A DNA stretch of 64,000 bases from an uncultured delta proteobacterium (GCA_963806225.1 CAWDXG010000004.1:992001-1056000), one strand, 5' to 3'; shown: positions 40,549 to 52,452, counted from the first letter of the stretch. Made by a program: numbers and translations. Notes: generated by a model not told the origin, from the sequence alone.

Positions 40549-42473
40549 CAGAGCGTGCTCCGCTTCTTCTTCTGGTGGGACGAAGCGCGGGCTTCCAGGC
40601 GCTTCTGCTTCAGCGCCTGCCAGTCGCGCACGACCTTCATCGCGACGGGCGCCGCGTGCTTGCCGCCGCCGCCGCCGTGCTCGATCAGGACCGCGATGGC
40701 GATCTCGGGCGAATGCGACGGGGCGTAGCCGACAAACAAGGCATGGGCGCGGTTGAAGTACCAGACCTTCTCCTTGTCGACGCCCCGGGGGGTGACGTGC
40801 GTGACCTGCGCGGTACCGGTCTTGCCGGCAACGTCCACGCCCTTGATCGCCTTCTTGTGAGCGGTGCCCTTCGGGTCCTGCACGACGCCGATGAGCGCGC
40901 TCTTGATCAGCGATAGCTGGTCCGGATCCATCGGGATGACGCGGCGGACGCGCGGAGGAAACTCCTGCACGATCGTACCGTCGCTCGTCTCGATGCTGCG
41001 CACGACCTGCGGCTGGTAGAGCGTTCCGCCATTGGCCAGCGCCGCGTACGCCAGCGCCTCCTGCAGGATCGTCACCGTGGTGGCGCCCTGTCCGATGGCG
41101 GCGAGCAGCGAGTAGCCGCCGTAGAACTGGCCCTTGTAGCGCCGCACGTACCAGGAGCGGGTCGGCATGCGGCCGCGCGATTCGGGATTCACGCCGATGC
41201 CCGTCTTGACGCCGAAGCCGAAGTCCATCCCCACCTTGGCGAGCGGATCGATCGTGACTGTCTCGCCCAGGTGGTAGAAGTACGTGTTGCACGACTCGAC
41301 GATGGCCTGGTGCAGGTTGACGTGCCCGTGCACGCCCTCGCAGCGGAAGTAGCGCTTGCCGTACAAGTAGCCGCCGCGACAATCGATCGTCGCCTTGGGG
41401 TCGATCAGGTGGTTCTGCAGCGCGGCCAGTGCGGTGAACGGCTTGAACGTCGACCCCGGCGGGTACGCTGCCGAGATCGTCTTGTCGAGCATGGGCTTCA
41501 GCGGATCGGAATACAGCCGCTTGAACGCGTCGCGCACGGCCTTCTTGCCGCTGCCGCCGGAGATCACGTTCGGATCGAAACCTGGTTTGGACAGCGCCGC
41601 GAGGATGCGCCCGGTGCGGACGTCGACGACCACCACCGCACCGGCGAGCTGGCCGCGCATGGCCCGCTCGATGGATTTCTCGAGGTCGATATCCAGCGTG
41701 AGGGAGATGTCGCGACCCGGGATGGGCTCGATTTTCCGCGGCTGCTCCAGGTACTTGGCCTCGAGCTCCTCGCGGTTCTGGCGGCGTTTGACGCCGTGCA
41801 GGACTTTCTCCTTGCCGCGCTTGCCCCTGAGGTAGCTCTCCCAGCGACGTTCGACGCCGACGGCTCCGATGCGGTCACCGGAGCGGTATCCGCGACCCTG
41901 GAGGCGCGCCAGCGTCTCGGGATCGATCTCGCGCATGTAGCCGAGCATGTGCGCGCCCAGCTCGCCGTACGGGTAGTAGCGGACCGGCACCGGCGCGACG
42001 TCCACGCCCCTGAGCTCCCCCTCGTGTGTCTCCAGCGCCGCCACGACGTCGCGGCTCACGTCGACCTTGAGCAGGATCTGCTGCGACTTCCTGGTGTCGT
42101 CCAGCTTCCGGATGTGCAGGATCTTGTCCTCGAGCTTCTGGCGCTCGGCGTCGTCGAGCCCCATCAGCTTGGCGACGTGCGGCCAGGTCTTCTGCATGTC
42201 GATGACCTCGGGGGTCACGTACACGTTGTACGAGGGGCGGTTCGCCGCCAGCACCCGGCCGTAGGCATCCCGGATCACGCCCCGGGTCGTGGCGAGGTTG
42301 ATCTCGCCGACGATGTTGCGGCGCGCCTGGGCAGCGTGGAGATCCCCTTCGACGATCTGCAGCTGTACCAGACGCCCGACCAGTACCAGGAACACGAAGA
42401 TGACAACCAGCACCATCCAGCGGTAGCGGCGACGGAACTCGCCGACGTCCGAACGTTGGACGAGGAAGTTCAC
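40548..42473 (-). CDS. mrdA: penicillin-binding protein 2
   Basis: PPGSTFK (SxxK), SCN (SxN), GKTGTAQ; within the mre operon. Confidence 0.95.
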   Translation of the reverse strand: MNFLVQRSDVGEFRRRYRWMVLVVIFVFLVLVGRLVQLQIVEGDLHAAQARRNIVGEINLATTRGVIRDAYGRVLAANRPSYNVYVTPEVIDMQKTWPHVAKLMGLDDAERQKLEDKILHIRKLDDTRKSQQILLKVDVSRDVVAALETHEGELRGVDVAPVPVRYYPYGELGAHMLGYMREIDPETLARLQGRGYRSGDRIGAVGVERRWESYLRGKRGKEKVLHGVKRRQNREELEAKYLEQPRKIEPIPGRDISLTLDIDLEKSIERAMRGQLAGAVVVVDVRTGRILAALSKPGFDPNVISGGSGKKAVRDAFKRLYSDPLKPMLDKTISAAYPPGSTFKPFTALAALQNHLIDPKATIDCRGGYLYGKRYFRCEGVHGHVNLHQAIVESCNTYFYHLGETVTIDPLAKVGMDFGFGVKTGIGVNPESRGRMPTRSWYVRRYKGQFYGGYSLLAAIGQGATTVTILQEALAYAALANGGTLYQPQVVRSIETSDGTIVQEFPPRVRRVIPMDPDQLSLIKSALIGVVQDPKGTAHKKAIKGVDVAGKTGTAQVTHVTPRGVDKEKVWYFNRAHALFVGYAPSHSPEIAIAVLIEHGGGGGKHAAPVAMKVVRDWQALKQKRLEARASSHQKKKRSTL

Positions 42474-42507
42474 GCTGCCCTCCCCGCGCGCTGGATCCGC
42501 TCCCCGA

Positions 42508-43035
42508 TCACCGCTGCGCTCCATCTGCCGCGCTGTGCACCGCCAACGTGCTCTGGTGCAGGCGTTGCGCGATGACGAAGACGAGCGGGCTGACCAGCGC
42601 GGTCGCGATGGCGTTCGGCAGCACGACGGTGCCGATCTCGAGGGGTCGCTTGGTGTCGGCGCCGAAGATCGCCAACAGAGTCAGGATCATCGCGCTCTGT
42701 ACCAGCGCGAACCCGAAGGCGAGCGACATGCGCGTCAGCGTTGTCTGCGCGGTGAGGCGGACACCCGCCACCCTCGACAGCCACCAGATCCCCACCGACA
42801 CGAACGCGAAGAGGCCGATAGGTGCGGAGGCGAACAGATCCATCGCGTAGCCGAGCACGAACGCCAGTGCGGCTCCGCGGACCATCGATGCCTCGTGCAC
42901 GCCGAGAAAGATGATGAGCGGCAGCGTCAGGCTGGGCGTGGCGCCGTGGATGTGGAGTGGACCGATGATCCGGTACAGGTTCGACTGAACCAGGATCAGC
43001 AGGATTCCGACTGCAAGAAACGCCGCGTTCCGCAT
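42508..43035 (-). CDS. mreD: rod shape-determining protein MreD
   Basis: hydrophobic 175 aa with G...DL....P.G, between mreC and mrdA. Confidence 0.85.
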   Translation of the reverse strand: MRNAAFLAVGILLILVQSNLYRIIGPLHIHGATPSLTLPLIIFLGVHEASMVRGAALAFVLGYAMDLFASAPIGLFAFVSVGIWWLSRVAGVRLTAQTTLTRMSLAFGFALVQSAMILTLLAIFGADTKRPLEIGTVVLPNAIATALVSPLVFVIAQRLHQSTLAVHSAADGAQR

Positions 43036-43042
43036 GGCCCGC

Positions 43043-43918
43043 TCACCGCTTGGCCCGTGGCCCCTGCGCTGCGCTCTTCGGTTCGCAGTCTTTCGTGTCG
43101 GTCAGGACGATGAGCGCGTTGTCCAGGCGGGAGAAGTCGACCGTCGGCTCCGCCTCGACCTGCTGGTAGATGCCGAAATCGCGCTTGATGACCTTGGTCA
43201 CGCGCGCCACCGCGACGCCTTTCGGGAAGCGGCAGCCGACGCCGCTCGTCAGGAGCAGGTCGCCCACATCGACCTCGTCCGTCCGCTGCACGTACTCCAC
43301 GCGCACGGCATAGCGCGTTCGATCGCCGACGCCACGAACGAACCCGCGAGCCCGTGTGCGTTCATCGACTACATCGACGCCGAATCCGCTGTCGACAGTC
43401 AGTTGCACGTCCACCTTGCCGCCGGCAACACGCAGCACGGTCCCCACCGTGCCGTCGAGCGACAGCACGGGCATGTTGGGGCGAACTGCCACACCCGGAT
43501 CGTCCAGCGTGAGGTGTACGACACGGAAGTACTCGCTGGTGTCCTTGCCCACCACGACCGCGCTCACCGTTTCGTTGGGAATGGTCTCGCGCAGCCCCAG
43601 AAGCTTTTTCAGCCGCCGATTCTCCGCTTCCTGCCCGCGGAGATCGCGCACGCGCTGGCGAAGCCGGGCATTCTCGTAGCTGAGCTTGTTGTTGTTCGCC
43701 TTGACGTCGACCAGATACACGTAGTCGCTGACGAGACTGGAAACGCCTCGCGCGAGGGCGGCGGCCGCGTACTGGAACGGCGCAGCGACGCGCATGATCG
43801 TCCGGTCGACCGGGCTCATGTCCTCCGGCTTGCGGATACTCGCGCGCAGGAAGAAAAACGGTACCGCCAGAAGCAGCACGACGATGGCGGTATCGCGGTA
43901 TCGCTTGAACGAACCCAC
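43043..43918 (-). CDS. mreC: rod shape-determining protein MreC
   Basis: N-terminal TM, coiled coil ENRRLKKLL, GD.L.TSG....FPKG. Confidence 0.93.
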   Translation of the reverse strand: MGSFKRYRDTAIVVLLLAVPFFFLRASIRKPEDMSPVDRTIMRVAAPFQYAAAALARGVSSLVSDYVYLVDVKANNNKLSYENARLRQRVRDLRGQEAENRRLKKLLGLRETIPNETVSAVVVGKDTSEYFRVVHLTLDDPGVAVRPNMPVLSLDGTVGTVLRVAGGKVDVQLTVDSGFGVDVVDERTRARGFVRGVGDRTRYAVRVEYVQRTDEVDVGDLLLTSGVGCRFPKGVAVARVTKVIKRDFGIYQQVEAEPTVDFSRLDNALIVLTDTKDCEPKSAAQGPRAKR

Positions 43919-43987
43919 GGCAGGTTATCTACGCGGAGCCGACCAAGGGCACCTGCCGAACGGCGAAGCCCGCTCGAACGATGTCAC

Positions 43988-45130
<1,143 letters not shown>

Positions 45131-45345
45131 CTAACTAGCACGCGGATCTGCCGGGATGCAATCGAGCCCGGGCCTCCGGCGCCGGCATCCGTTCAGTACC
45201 GGCGCGTAGCGGCGACCCGGCCCAGCGCACTCTGGAGATGCCAAGCACAAGGATTCCGCAAGCTTGAAGCTTGGGGACGGGTGTAGCGCCGAGCCCCCAA
45301 CCGCGGCCGGGCCCTCGGAAAATCCAGGTGGCCCGCACCCGGCGG

Positions 45346-46200
45346 CTAGTCCTCGTCCCAGTCTTTCCAGTCCCCCCGCCGCTGCTTGCGCCGGCGCTCG
45401 GGCGTGCGATCGGCAGCGCTCGCGCCCCGCTTCTTGTTGCGGCGCTTGTTGTCGCTCTCGCTGCGTTCCGGCTTGACCGCGCGGCGGCGCCCCTCCGGCG
45501 CCCGGGGTGGCTCGCCCAGCGCCTCGAGCATTGCCGGATCGGGATCGGACGATCGGGGGGACGGACGCGACGGCGCCGTCGCCGCATCGCGCGGGCGCGG
45601 ACGATCTCCGCGCTCGGGACGTTCGCCCTTCGGATGCGCGATGTTGATCACGAGCCGGCGTCCCCCCATCTCCGCCGAACGCAGCTGGACGATCGCTTCG
45701 TTGGCGGCCTCGCTCGATCCCATCGTGACGAAGCCGAAGCCGCGCAGACGGCCATCGGGTCCCGTGGGCAGGTGGACGCGCACGATCCGGCCCGCACCGC
45801 TCGTGGCGAACATCTCCTCCACGGCCTCGACAGTCACGTCGTAGGGCAGGTTGCCGACGTACAGTGTCCGATCGGGCCCGCCGCCGGCTCCGCCTGCGCC
45901 GCCCGTCGCCGCAGGCGCCTCGCCGCGGCGCGGAGCTTCCGACTGGAACGGGCGCACGGAGATCGCTCGGCCCGCCTGCATGGACCCATCCAGTGAATCG
46001 CGGGCCGCCGCCGCCTCTTCGGCGGTGGACAGGGTCACGAAACCAAAGCCCCGCGGACGTCCGGTCTCGCGGTCCCTGGGCAGACTCAGGCTCCTGACGG
46101 TGCCCCCGGTCGCCTCGACCAGTTGACGGAGCACGTCCTCGGTGACGGAGTCCGGCAAACCCGCAATGAAGAGCTTGCGTGCATCCTCCTCGGTCGACAT
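45346..46200 (-). CDS. RNA-binding protein with two RRM domains and a basic C-terminal tail
   Basis: RNP2/RNP1 pairs KLFIAGL/RGFGFV and TLYVGNL/RGFGFV. Confidence 0.9.
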   Translation of the reverse strand: MSTEEDARKLFIAGLPDSVTEDVLRQLVEATGGTVRSLSLPRDRETGRPRGFGFVTLSTAEEAAAARDSLDGSMQAGRAISVRPFQSEAPRRGEAPAATGGAGGAGGGPDRTLYVGNLPYDVTVEAVEEMFATSGAGRIVRVHLPTGPDGRLRGFGFVTMGSSEAANEAIVQLRSAEMGGRRLVINIAHPKGERPERGDRPRPRDAATAPSRPSPRSSDPDPAMLEALGEPPRAPEGRRRAVKPERSESDNKRRNKKRGASAADRTPERRRKQRRGDWKDWDED

Positions 46201-46426
46201 CCCGCTTCCTCGAATCGCTGTTTCCAGGGCCGCCCACGACCCACTCGTCCCGACGGGCGGTCCGCGGAACGGAAAACACGATATCTGGACCCGACCTTCC
46301 GTCAAGTCGCCCCGGTCCCGGGCCCCGACCCGGGCTCGCCAGAGGGAGCGGCGGGGCGCCTCGTCCAGGTCGACGGCGAGGCGCCCACCCTGCGGCGGCC
46401 AACCGGTGTAGGCTCCGGGCATCCCG

Positions 46427-47353
46427 ATGAAACTCCGCGTGATCGTCAATCCAAGAGCGGGAAGCGGAAATGCCGCCCGGAAGCTGCCGGAGATCGTCCG
46501 TGCCCTGGAGCGGGCCGGTCTCGGCCACGAAGTGGCGGAGACCCAGAGCCCGGGCGATGCGACCCGGTTGGCCCGGTTGGCCCGTGAAGACGGGGTCGAG
46601 TGCATCGCAATCGTGGGCGGCGACGGCACGGTCAACGAGGTCGGCCAGGCCTATCTCGACGAGTCCGGCGCGCCGCTGGCAGGCCCGGACCTGGCGCTGA
46701 TCCCGGCCGGAACGGGGGGCGACTTCAAGAAGACGTTCGGTATCCCGGACGATGTAGCCGGCGCGGTCGACCGCCTGCGGAACAGCGAGCCCAGGCCGCT
46801 GGACCTCGGCGTGCTCGAACTCACCGCGGACTCGGGCGAACGGGTGACACGCGCCTTCTTGAACATCACGAGCTTCGGGATCGGCGGGCTGACGGATCGT
46901 ATCGTCAACTCGAGCCCGAAGTGGATGGGCGGACGCGCGGCGTTCTTCCTGGGCACCCTGCGCGCAATGGCGAGCTACCGTAACCTGCCGGTGGTCGTGA
47001 AAGTCGACGGCCGGTCCTGCCTGGAAGGACCTATCCTCAACGTGGCGGTGGCCAACGGGCGCTACTTCGGCGGCGGGATGATGATCGCGCCGGAAGCGGA
47101 CCCTTCCGACGGGCAGTTCAACGTCATCGCGCTGTACGACCTCACGCGGGCACAGGGTATCGGCCTGGCCTACAAGATCTACAAGGGCAGCCACCTCGGC
47201 TCGCCCGGCGTACGCGTCGCGCGGGGGTCGGTCATCGAAGCCGAGCCGGCGCTGCCGTGGGGCGAGGTACTGATCGACATGGATGGCGAGACGCCGGGGC
47301 GGCTTCCGCTCAAGGCAACCGTCGCGAAATCCGCATTGAAGATCCGCGCCTAG
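46427..47353 (+). CDS. diacylglycerol kinase (YegS/DgkB) family lipid kinase
   Basis: NPRAG, GGDGTVNEV, P.GTGGDF, NGRYFGGG, DGE. Confidence 0.93.
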   Translation: MKLRVIVNPRAGSGNAARKLPEIVRALERAGLGHEVAETQSPGDATRLARLAREDGVECIAIVGGDGTVNEVGQAYLDESGAPLAGPDLALIPAGTGGDFKKTFGIPDDVAGAVDRLRNSEPRPLDLGVLELTADSGERVTRAFLNITSFGIGGLTDRIVNSSPKWMGGRAAFFLGTLRAMASYRNLPVVVKVDGRSCLEGPILNVAVANGRYFGGGMMIAPEADPSDGQFNVIALYDLTRAQGIGLAYKIYKGSHLGSPGVRVARGSVIEAEPALPWGEVLIDMDGETPGRLPLKATVAKSALKIRA

Positions 47354-47369
47354 CCGGCGCGCCGCGGGC

Positions 47370-48245
47370 TCAGGAGGCCGGCTTGTCCGCTGGCTCGACG
47401 AGCTGTGCGGGAGGAGGCGGAGCTTCAATGGACTCGAGCGAGCCGGCGCGCCGCATCGAATACCAGAACATGAACATGCCGAACCCGAGCAGCCCGAAGC
47501 AGGCCCACTGCGCCGGCGTGAGCGAATCGTAGCGGACGTCCGCACCGAACACGTCGCGAGCACGGAGGAAGTCGAGCGCAAAGCGGGTCGGCGCGTAGGC
47601 CAGCGACATGATCGCGATGTAGAAGCCCCAGGGGCGGCGCTTTTTCCTGAGCCAGAGGAAGGTCAAAGCCAGGGGGATCGTCAGAAGCATCTCGTAGAGC
47701 CCGAGATCGAGGCGCCCTCCGCCGGGGTACTGCACGGCGAACCACGCGCTCGAGTGCAGGCCCGGGTGGTCGTGCGCGCTCGCACAGCCGGCGCGCCCGA
47801 AGACCCAGGCAGCCGGAAACGCGCTCGCCACCACATCCGCGTACGGCAGGATGGGCACCTTGTAGCGCCAGCGCCACAAGAGCGCGCCGGTTATCCCGCC
47901 GACAAAGCCGCCGAAGCTCGACAGCCCATCCCACAGCCGGACCAGCGAGAGCGGGTCCTGGAGCACGCGCCCGGGATAGTAGAACAGCGTGTCGAGGACG
48001 TGCCCGCCCACGAACCCCATGCCCACGACCCAGAAGATGAACGAGGTGAGCGCGCGCTCGTCGAGACCGACGCGCTTGCCCTGCTTCACCGCGAGGTAGG
48101 CCCCCAGGTACACGCCGATGGCCACCAGCGTTCCGAACGGCTTGATCGAGAAGGGCGCCGGCGGAAAATTCCCGCCGAAATAGCCCTGGGGGAAGATCAC
48201 CAGGTTCGGGATGTGGATGTAGGGGATGAGCGGCTCGAGGGCCAT
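47370..48245 (-). CDS. lgt: prolipoprotein diacylglyceryl transferase
   Basis: W.GLSSFGG, GRAGC...D, LYE, RF.LDF.R motifs; several TM helices. Confidence 0.85.
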   Translation of the reverse strand: MALEPLIPYIHIPNLVIFPQGYFGGNFPPAPFSIKPFGTLVAIGVYLGAYLAVKQGKRVGLDERALTSFIFWVVGMGFVGGHVLDTLFYYPGRVLQDPLSLVRLWDGLSSFGGFVGGITGALLWRWRYKVPILPYADVVASAFPAAWVFGRAGCASAHDHPGLHSSAWFAVQYPGGGRLDLGLYEMLLTIPLALTFLWLRKKRRPWGFYIAIMSLAYAPTRFALDFLRARDVFGADVRYDSLTPAQWACFGLLGFGMFMFWYSMRRAGSLESIEAPPPPAQLVEPADKPAS

Positions 48246-48319
48246 GCGCGGCGCTGTCCTAGCACGCCTTGAGCGCGCCCGGACCCCGGAACATTCCCGA
48301 CCGCGCGCCGGGCGCGCGT

Positions 48320-49312
48320 CTATTCTGCAGACGCCACCGGCGCAGGCTGGACCACGATGCGGTCCTCCCCGCCGGCATCGACCGCCGCGATCATCTCCAG
48401 CCGCACGCCCGCGCACTGGCGGGAAAGCACCACCGGGCTCACCGCAGAGCGGGCGCAGTGCGACGACGGCATGGCGCGGGCGATCGCGGTCGAGACGACC
48501 TGCACGGAGCGACCGATCGCCTCGGCGCGGGCGCGCGGGCTGTCCGACGCGACCGGCCCGAGTTGCACGGCTTCGCCGATGCGGCTGAACAGCCCGGGCC
48601 CGGTGATCTCGGCGCGCGTCACGCGCCCGGCCCGGTCTAGCCGCAGCAACACGTCGAAGATCGCCTGACGCGGCTCGAGCTTCTTGCGGCTCGGGATCGC
48701 ATAGGTGATCGACAGCGTCTTCTTGCAGACCCGCTCGACGCAGTGCGCCTCGGGCTGCTCGAGACGCCAGGGGAAGATGAACGCCGCCGGCAGCTGATCG
48801 GTGCGCTTGCCCAGGCTCCGGATCATGGCCACGCGCCGCGCCCAGCTCGAGAACTGCTCGACCAGCTCGTGGCGCATGGCCTGGGCGTGGGCCAGCCTCT
48901 TCTCGACCGCCTGCGCCGTGGCCAGGAAGCGCTGCTCGTGGCGCTCGCGATACTGCTGGGCGAGCTCCAGCTCCGTGATGCGTTGGGCGGCGTGTTTCGC
49001 ATGCGGACCGTCGGGCAGCGCGTCGAGGTACATGCGCAAACGGTCCACGTTGTCGTGGGCGCGGTCGAAGTAGCGCTGCTCGGCCGGCCCGAACCAGGCG
49101 CGCACCTGCCCGCTCCAGCGCCCGTCGGGATAGTCCTCCAGATAGCGCCAGCTCTGCGCCAGGCGTTGCTCGACGGTGTGGGCGGTCCTGAGGCGGCGGT
49201 ACTGGTCGTAGTCGCCGACCCCGGCGGTGATCTGCCTGCCCGCTGCGCACCCCTGCGCGAACAGGACGGCCGCGACGAACGCCAGGACCCAGCTCGACCC
49301 GAGCCGCTTCAT
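48320..49312 (-). CDS. hypothetical lipoprotein
   Basis: signal peptide ending AQGC; Y...YP.G.W and YL..LP.G.H repeats. Confidence 0.72.
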   Translation of the reverse strand: MKRLGSSWVLAFVAAVLFAQGCAAGRQITAGVGDYDQYRRLRTAHTVEQRLAQSWRYLEDYPDGRWSGQVRAWFGPAEQRYFDRAHDNVDRLRMYLDALPDGPHAKHAAQRITELELAQQYRERHEQRFLATAQAVEKRLAHAQAMRHELVEQFSSWARRVAMIRSLGKRTDQLPAAFIFPWRLEQPEAHCVERVCKKTLSITYAIPSRKKLEPRQAIFDVLLRLDRAGRVTRAEITGPGLFSRIGEAVQLGPVASDSPRARAEAIGRSVQVVSTAIARAMPSSHCARSAVSPVVLSRQCAGVRLEMIAAVDAGGEDRIVVQPAPVASAE

Positions 49313-49713
49313 GGGCCCTTCCCCGGTGGGCAGAAGTCGCATTCGGTCGGCACGCTGGGCGCAGCGTCATCCATGTAGCCTGCGTACGCGTTGCACGACG
49401 CAGTCGAGAGGGCTCTCAGGCACACCTCGCCGTCGTGGACGAGCGGGTAGCAGTACTCGGGGAACGAGGTCTCGATCGGCTGCGAGGTGTCACAGGCGTC
49501 GGTGCAGCTCTGCGAATCGATGCCGCACTCGCGGCAGCGGCGGCAGTCGATGGCTTTCTTGCTGGCGAAGAACGTGGGTGCGTCGAGATCCTGCGCCGTC
49601 TGCCCGCAGCCGCCAACGTCGCCCGGAACTGGAGCCGTGCAGAACAGCCCCACCAGCACGGCCAGAAGCAACCACAGCCGCGCGCCTGCCCCCGGAAGGC
49701 CGCGCGGCTTCAA
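49309..49713 (-). CDS. small Cys-rich secreted protein
   Basis: hydrophobic leader, many Cys; overlaps both neighbours by 4 nt (TTG start). Confidence 0.65.
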   Translation of the reverse strand: MKPRGLPGAGARLWLLLAVLVGLFCTAPVPGDVGGCGQTAQDLDAPTFFASKKAIDCRRCRECGIDSQSCTDACDTSQPIETSFPEYCYPLVHDGEVCLRALSTASCNAYAGYMDDAAPSVPTECDFCPPGKGP

Positions 49714-50390
49714 GGCAACACCTCGTAGTCGACCACGACCCCCACCTGCAGCGACAGCACAGGGATGGTGGTGATGGGCGTCTGTTGGGTCGCCGCTCCG
49801 TAGTACACACTGCCCACGAGCTCGGCAGTGACGCCAAGCCCGGCGCTCGCCATCCACGCACCGCCGGCCGCCAGCTCCAGGCCGAGCGTCGCATCCGGCT
49901 CGAGCACGATCGGCAGGCCCGCGCGTCCGTACACGAGAAAGCGCGGCGGCAAGCGCACCAGCGCGATGTACGACGGGGTCAGCACTTCCTGGGCAATGCC
50001 CAGCACCGCCGTCGACAGATGGACCGCGAGACCATGCTGCAGCCCGTCGGGGTGGCCGAGGAGCGCGGCCGCCGAGAAATCCAGGTACGGCGCGGTGAGG
50101 GAGAGCGACTCGGGGCTCTTGCCGAGGACCTTCGAGAGCCGGAAAGGATTGTTGAACCTCAGACCCTCGCCCAGCGCGAGCCCGCCCATGAAGTGCACGT
50201 AGGGACCGCCGGCGGGCAGTGGCGTCTCGTGCGCGCGGTAGGATGGGGGCTCGACCGGGGAGCTCGGCCCCGACGCGGATCGAGCCTCGGCCGCAGTCGC
50301 GGCAGGAGCCTCGGCCGAAGCCACCGCCGGCGTCAGGACGCCCAGCGCGAGCAGCGCCGGAGCAAGCGCCCGCCCCCGGAAATGCCCCAC
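49710..50390 (-). CDS. hypothetical outer-membrane beta-barrel-like protein
   Basis: signal peptide ending ASA; alternating amphipathic strands; ends ..GVVVDYEVLP; start uncertain. Confidence 0.6.
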   Translation of the reverse strand: MGHFRGRALAPALLALGVLTPAVASAEAPAATAAEARSASGPSSPVEPPSYRAHETPLPAGGPYVHFMGGLALGEGLRFNNPFRLSKVLGKSPESLSLTAPYLDFSAAALLGHPDGLQHGLAVHLSTAVLGIAQEVLTPSYIALVRLPPRFLVYGRAGLPIVLEPDATLGLELAAGGAWMASAGLGVTAELVGSVYYGAATQQTPITTIPVLSLQVGVVVDYEVLP

Positions 50391-50415
50391 GCGGCGACGC
50401 GCGGGCGCGGGCGCG

Positions 50416-51720
50416 TCATGCGCGGCAGGCACGTTCGACGTCGGCGACCGTCTTCGGAATGGAAGCGCTGAGTACCGTCTGCCCCTCGGGAGCGACCAGC
50501 ACGTCGTCTTCGATACGCACGCCGATGCCACGGTACTGTTCCGGAACCTCCGCACTGGGCGCGATGTACACGCCCGGCTCCACCGTGATGACCATACCCG
50601 CGGCGAGCGGCCGCGGGTTTCCCTCGATGTGGTAGGCGCCTACGTCGTGCACGTCCATCCCGAGATAGTGGCTGGTGCGGTGCATGAAATAGGGCTTGTA
50701 GCTCTGCTCCTCGATCGCCTTGTCGACCGGGCCCTCGATGACGCCCAGCTCGACGAGCCCACGCGCAATCACCTGCACGCTCTTGTCGTGGACCTCGTCG
50801 AGCGTGACCCCGGGGCGGGTCGCCTCGATGCTCGCCTGCTGGGCCGAGAGCACGATCTCGTAGACGCGCCGCTGCGCATCGCTGAAACGCCCCGAGACAG
50901 GGAACGTCCGCGTCACGTCCGATGCGTAGTAGCCGTACTCGGAGCCCGCATCCACGAGCAGCAGATCGCCTTCGCCCATGCGGCGGTTGTTGCGCCGGTA
51001 GTGGAGCACCGTGGCGTTCGGCCCGCTGCCGACGATGGGCGAGTAGGCCACGCGCTCCGAGCCGTTCTTGCAGAACACCTCGCGCAGGGCTCCCTCGACC
51101 TCGTACTCGTACATCCCAGGTCGGGCCATCGCCATGACCTTCGCGTGCGCCTCATGCGTGATCTCCACCGCACGGCGCATCAAGTCGAGCTCGTGCTTCG
51201 ACTTGACGAGGCGCATCTCGTGCAGAACCGTGCCCGGGTCCACGATCGTGGCGGGGCAGGAAACGCCCTGGCGCGCCCGCGCGCGGACGCGGTCGAGCGC
51301 CCCGAGCACACTGTCGTCGAAGCCTCGATCCAGCCCGAGCCGGTAGAACAGCCTCGGCGCGTTCTGGAGCAGATCGGGAAGCTTGTCGGCTAGCTCGGCG
51401 ATGGGAAACGCCTGATCCGCGTCGAACTCGTCGGTCGCCCCTTCCACGCCGGCCCGCGCGCCGTCCCACACCTCGCGCTCCGGGTCGCGGGCGCGCACGA
51501 AGAGCGTAAGGGGCTTGCCCGCGTCGCCGCCGAGCACCAACACGCTCTCCGGTTCGTCGAAACCGGTGAGGTAGTAGAAGTCGGAGTTCTGCCGGTAGTC
51601 GTACTCCACATCGTTGTTGCGGATCGCCAGGGGCGCGGAAGGCACGACGAGGACGCCTGGGTGGATAGCCTGGAGCACGCGCTCCCGGCGCTCTCGATAC
51701 TCGTCTCGCATCGGGGACAT
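50416..51720 (-). CDS. pepP: Xaa-Pro aminopeptidase P
   Basis: YRQNSDFYYLTG, LHY..N, DAG......SDVTRT, H.LGMDVHD, TVEPG.Y, GVRIEDD. Confidence 0.95.
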   Translation of the reverse strand: MSPMRDEYRERRERVLQAIHPGVLVVPSAPLAIRNNDVEYDYRQNSDFYYLTGFDEPESVLVLGGDAGKPLTLFVRARDPEREVWDGARAGVEGATDEFDADQAFPIAELADKLPDLLQNAPRLFYRLGLDRGFDDSVLGALDRVRARARQGVSCPATIVDPGTVLHEMRLVKSKHELDLMRRAVEITHEAHAKVMAMARPGMYEYEVEGALREVFCKNGSERVAYSPIVGSGPNATVLHYRRNNRRMGEGDLLLVDAGSEYGYYASDVTRTFPVSGRFSDAQRRVYEIVLSAQQASIEATRPGVTLDEVHDKSVQVIARGLVELGVIEGPVDKAIEEQSYKPYFMHRTSHYLGMDVHDVGAYHIEGNPRPLAAGMVITVEPGVYIAPSAEVPEQYRGIGVRIEDDVLVAPEGQTVLSASIPKTVADVERACRA

Positions 51721-51774
51721 CCTAGCGCCTCCGCGGCGGAACGGAAGCGACCCGCCCGCCGGATCGGGCCAGCG

Positions 51775-52452
51775 CTAGCGCAATTCCCACAGCTCGACGG
51801 CGAGAGGCCCACGCTCGGCGCGCACCGTGGCGCGATAGCGGCCCGACCTGTCCACGCAGACCGGTCCGTCCAGGCCCAGCATGGTAAAGCGGCGGCGGCC
51901 GGACTGGGCCGCTACGGCCTTTCCCTGCGCATCGAGCAGACGCGCCTCGATCCGGCCGCTGCCGGGCACGCCCACGACCAGCAGGCGGAAGCAGTCGCCG
52001 GCGCTGGCCCGGAAGCCGAGATCGGTCCGCCCGATACCACCGTCCACGCGCAGGTCGGTCGCCGGCACGCGACGCATGCCGTTGGATGGACCGCACATCA
52101 GTCCGAGCCTCATGACATCGAGCCGCGGTCGCCCGTGCGCGGTGAAATGCAGCGCGCAGCGGCCCCAGTTTGCGCCGCTCGGCGCTGGACCGGCGTCCAC
52201 CAGGTCGAACGGCGCGATCCACTCGCTGACCGCCTTCGCGGACCCAGCGTCGGGCTTGGCACCCGCTTCCACACGGGGCCGGTTGGTCACCGGGCCGACC
52301 ACGCTCGGCGCCGAGGCGGTTTCCTCGGCCGAGACGCGGGCTGACGGGGCTCCAGCCCGCCCTGAGGTGTGGGCGTTGCTGTGACAACCCGCCACCGCGC
52401 ACGACAGGACCGGAAGGAGTGCCAGCGGGCCGTATCTCACGAGGTCCGGCAT
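51775..52452 (-). CDS. hypothetical lipoprotein
   Basis: signal ending VAGC; Cys-containing beta-rich C-terminal domain. Confidence 0.65.
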   Translation of the reverse strand: MPDLVRYGPLALLPVLSCAVAGCHSNAHTSGRAGAPSARVSAEETASAPSVVGPVTNRPRVEAGAKPDAGSAKAVSEWIAPFDLVDAGPAPSGANWGRCALHFTAHGRPRLDVMRLGLMCGPSNGMRRVPATDLRVDGGIGRTDLGFRASAGDCFRLLVVGVPGSGRIEARLLDAQGKAVAAQSGRRRFTMLGLDGPVCVDRSGRYRATVRAERGPLAVELWELR

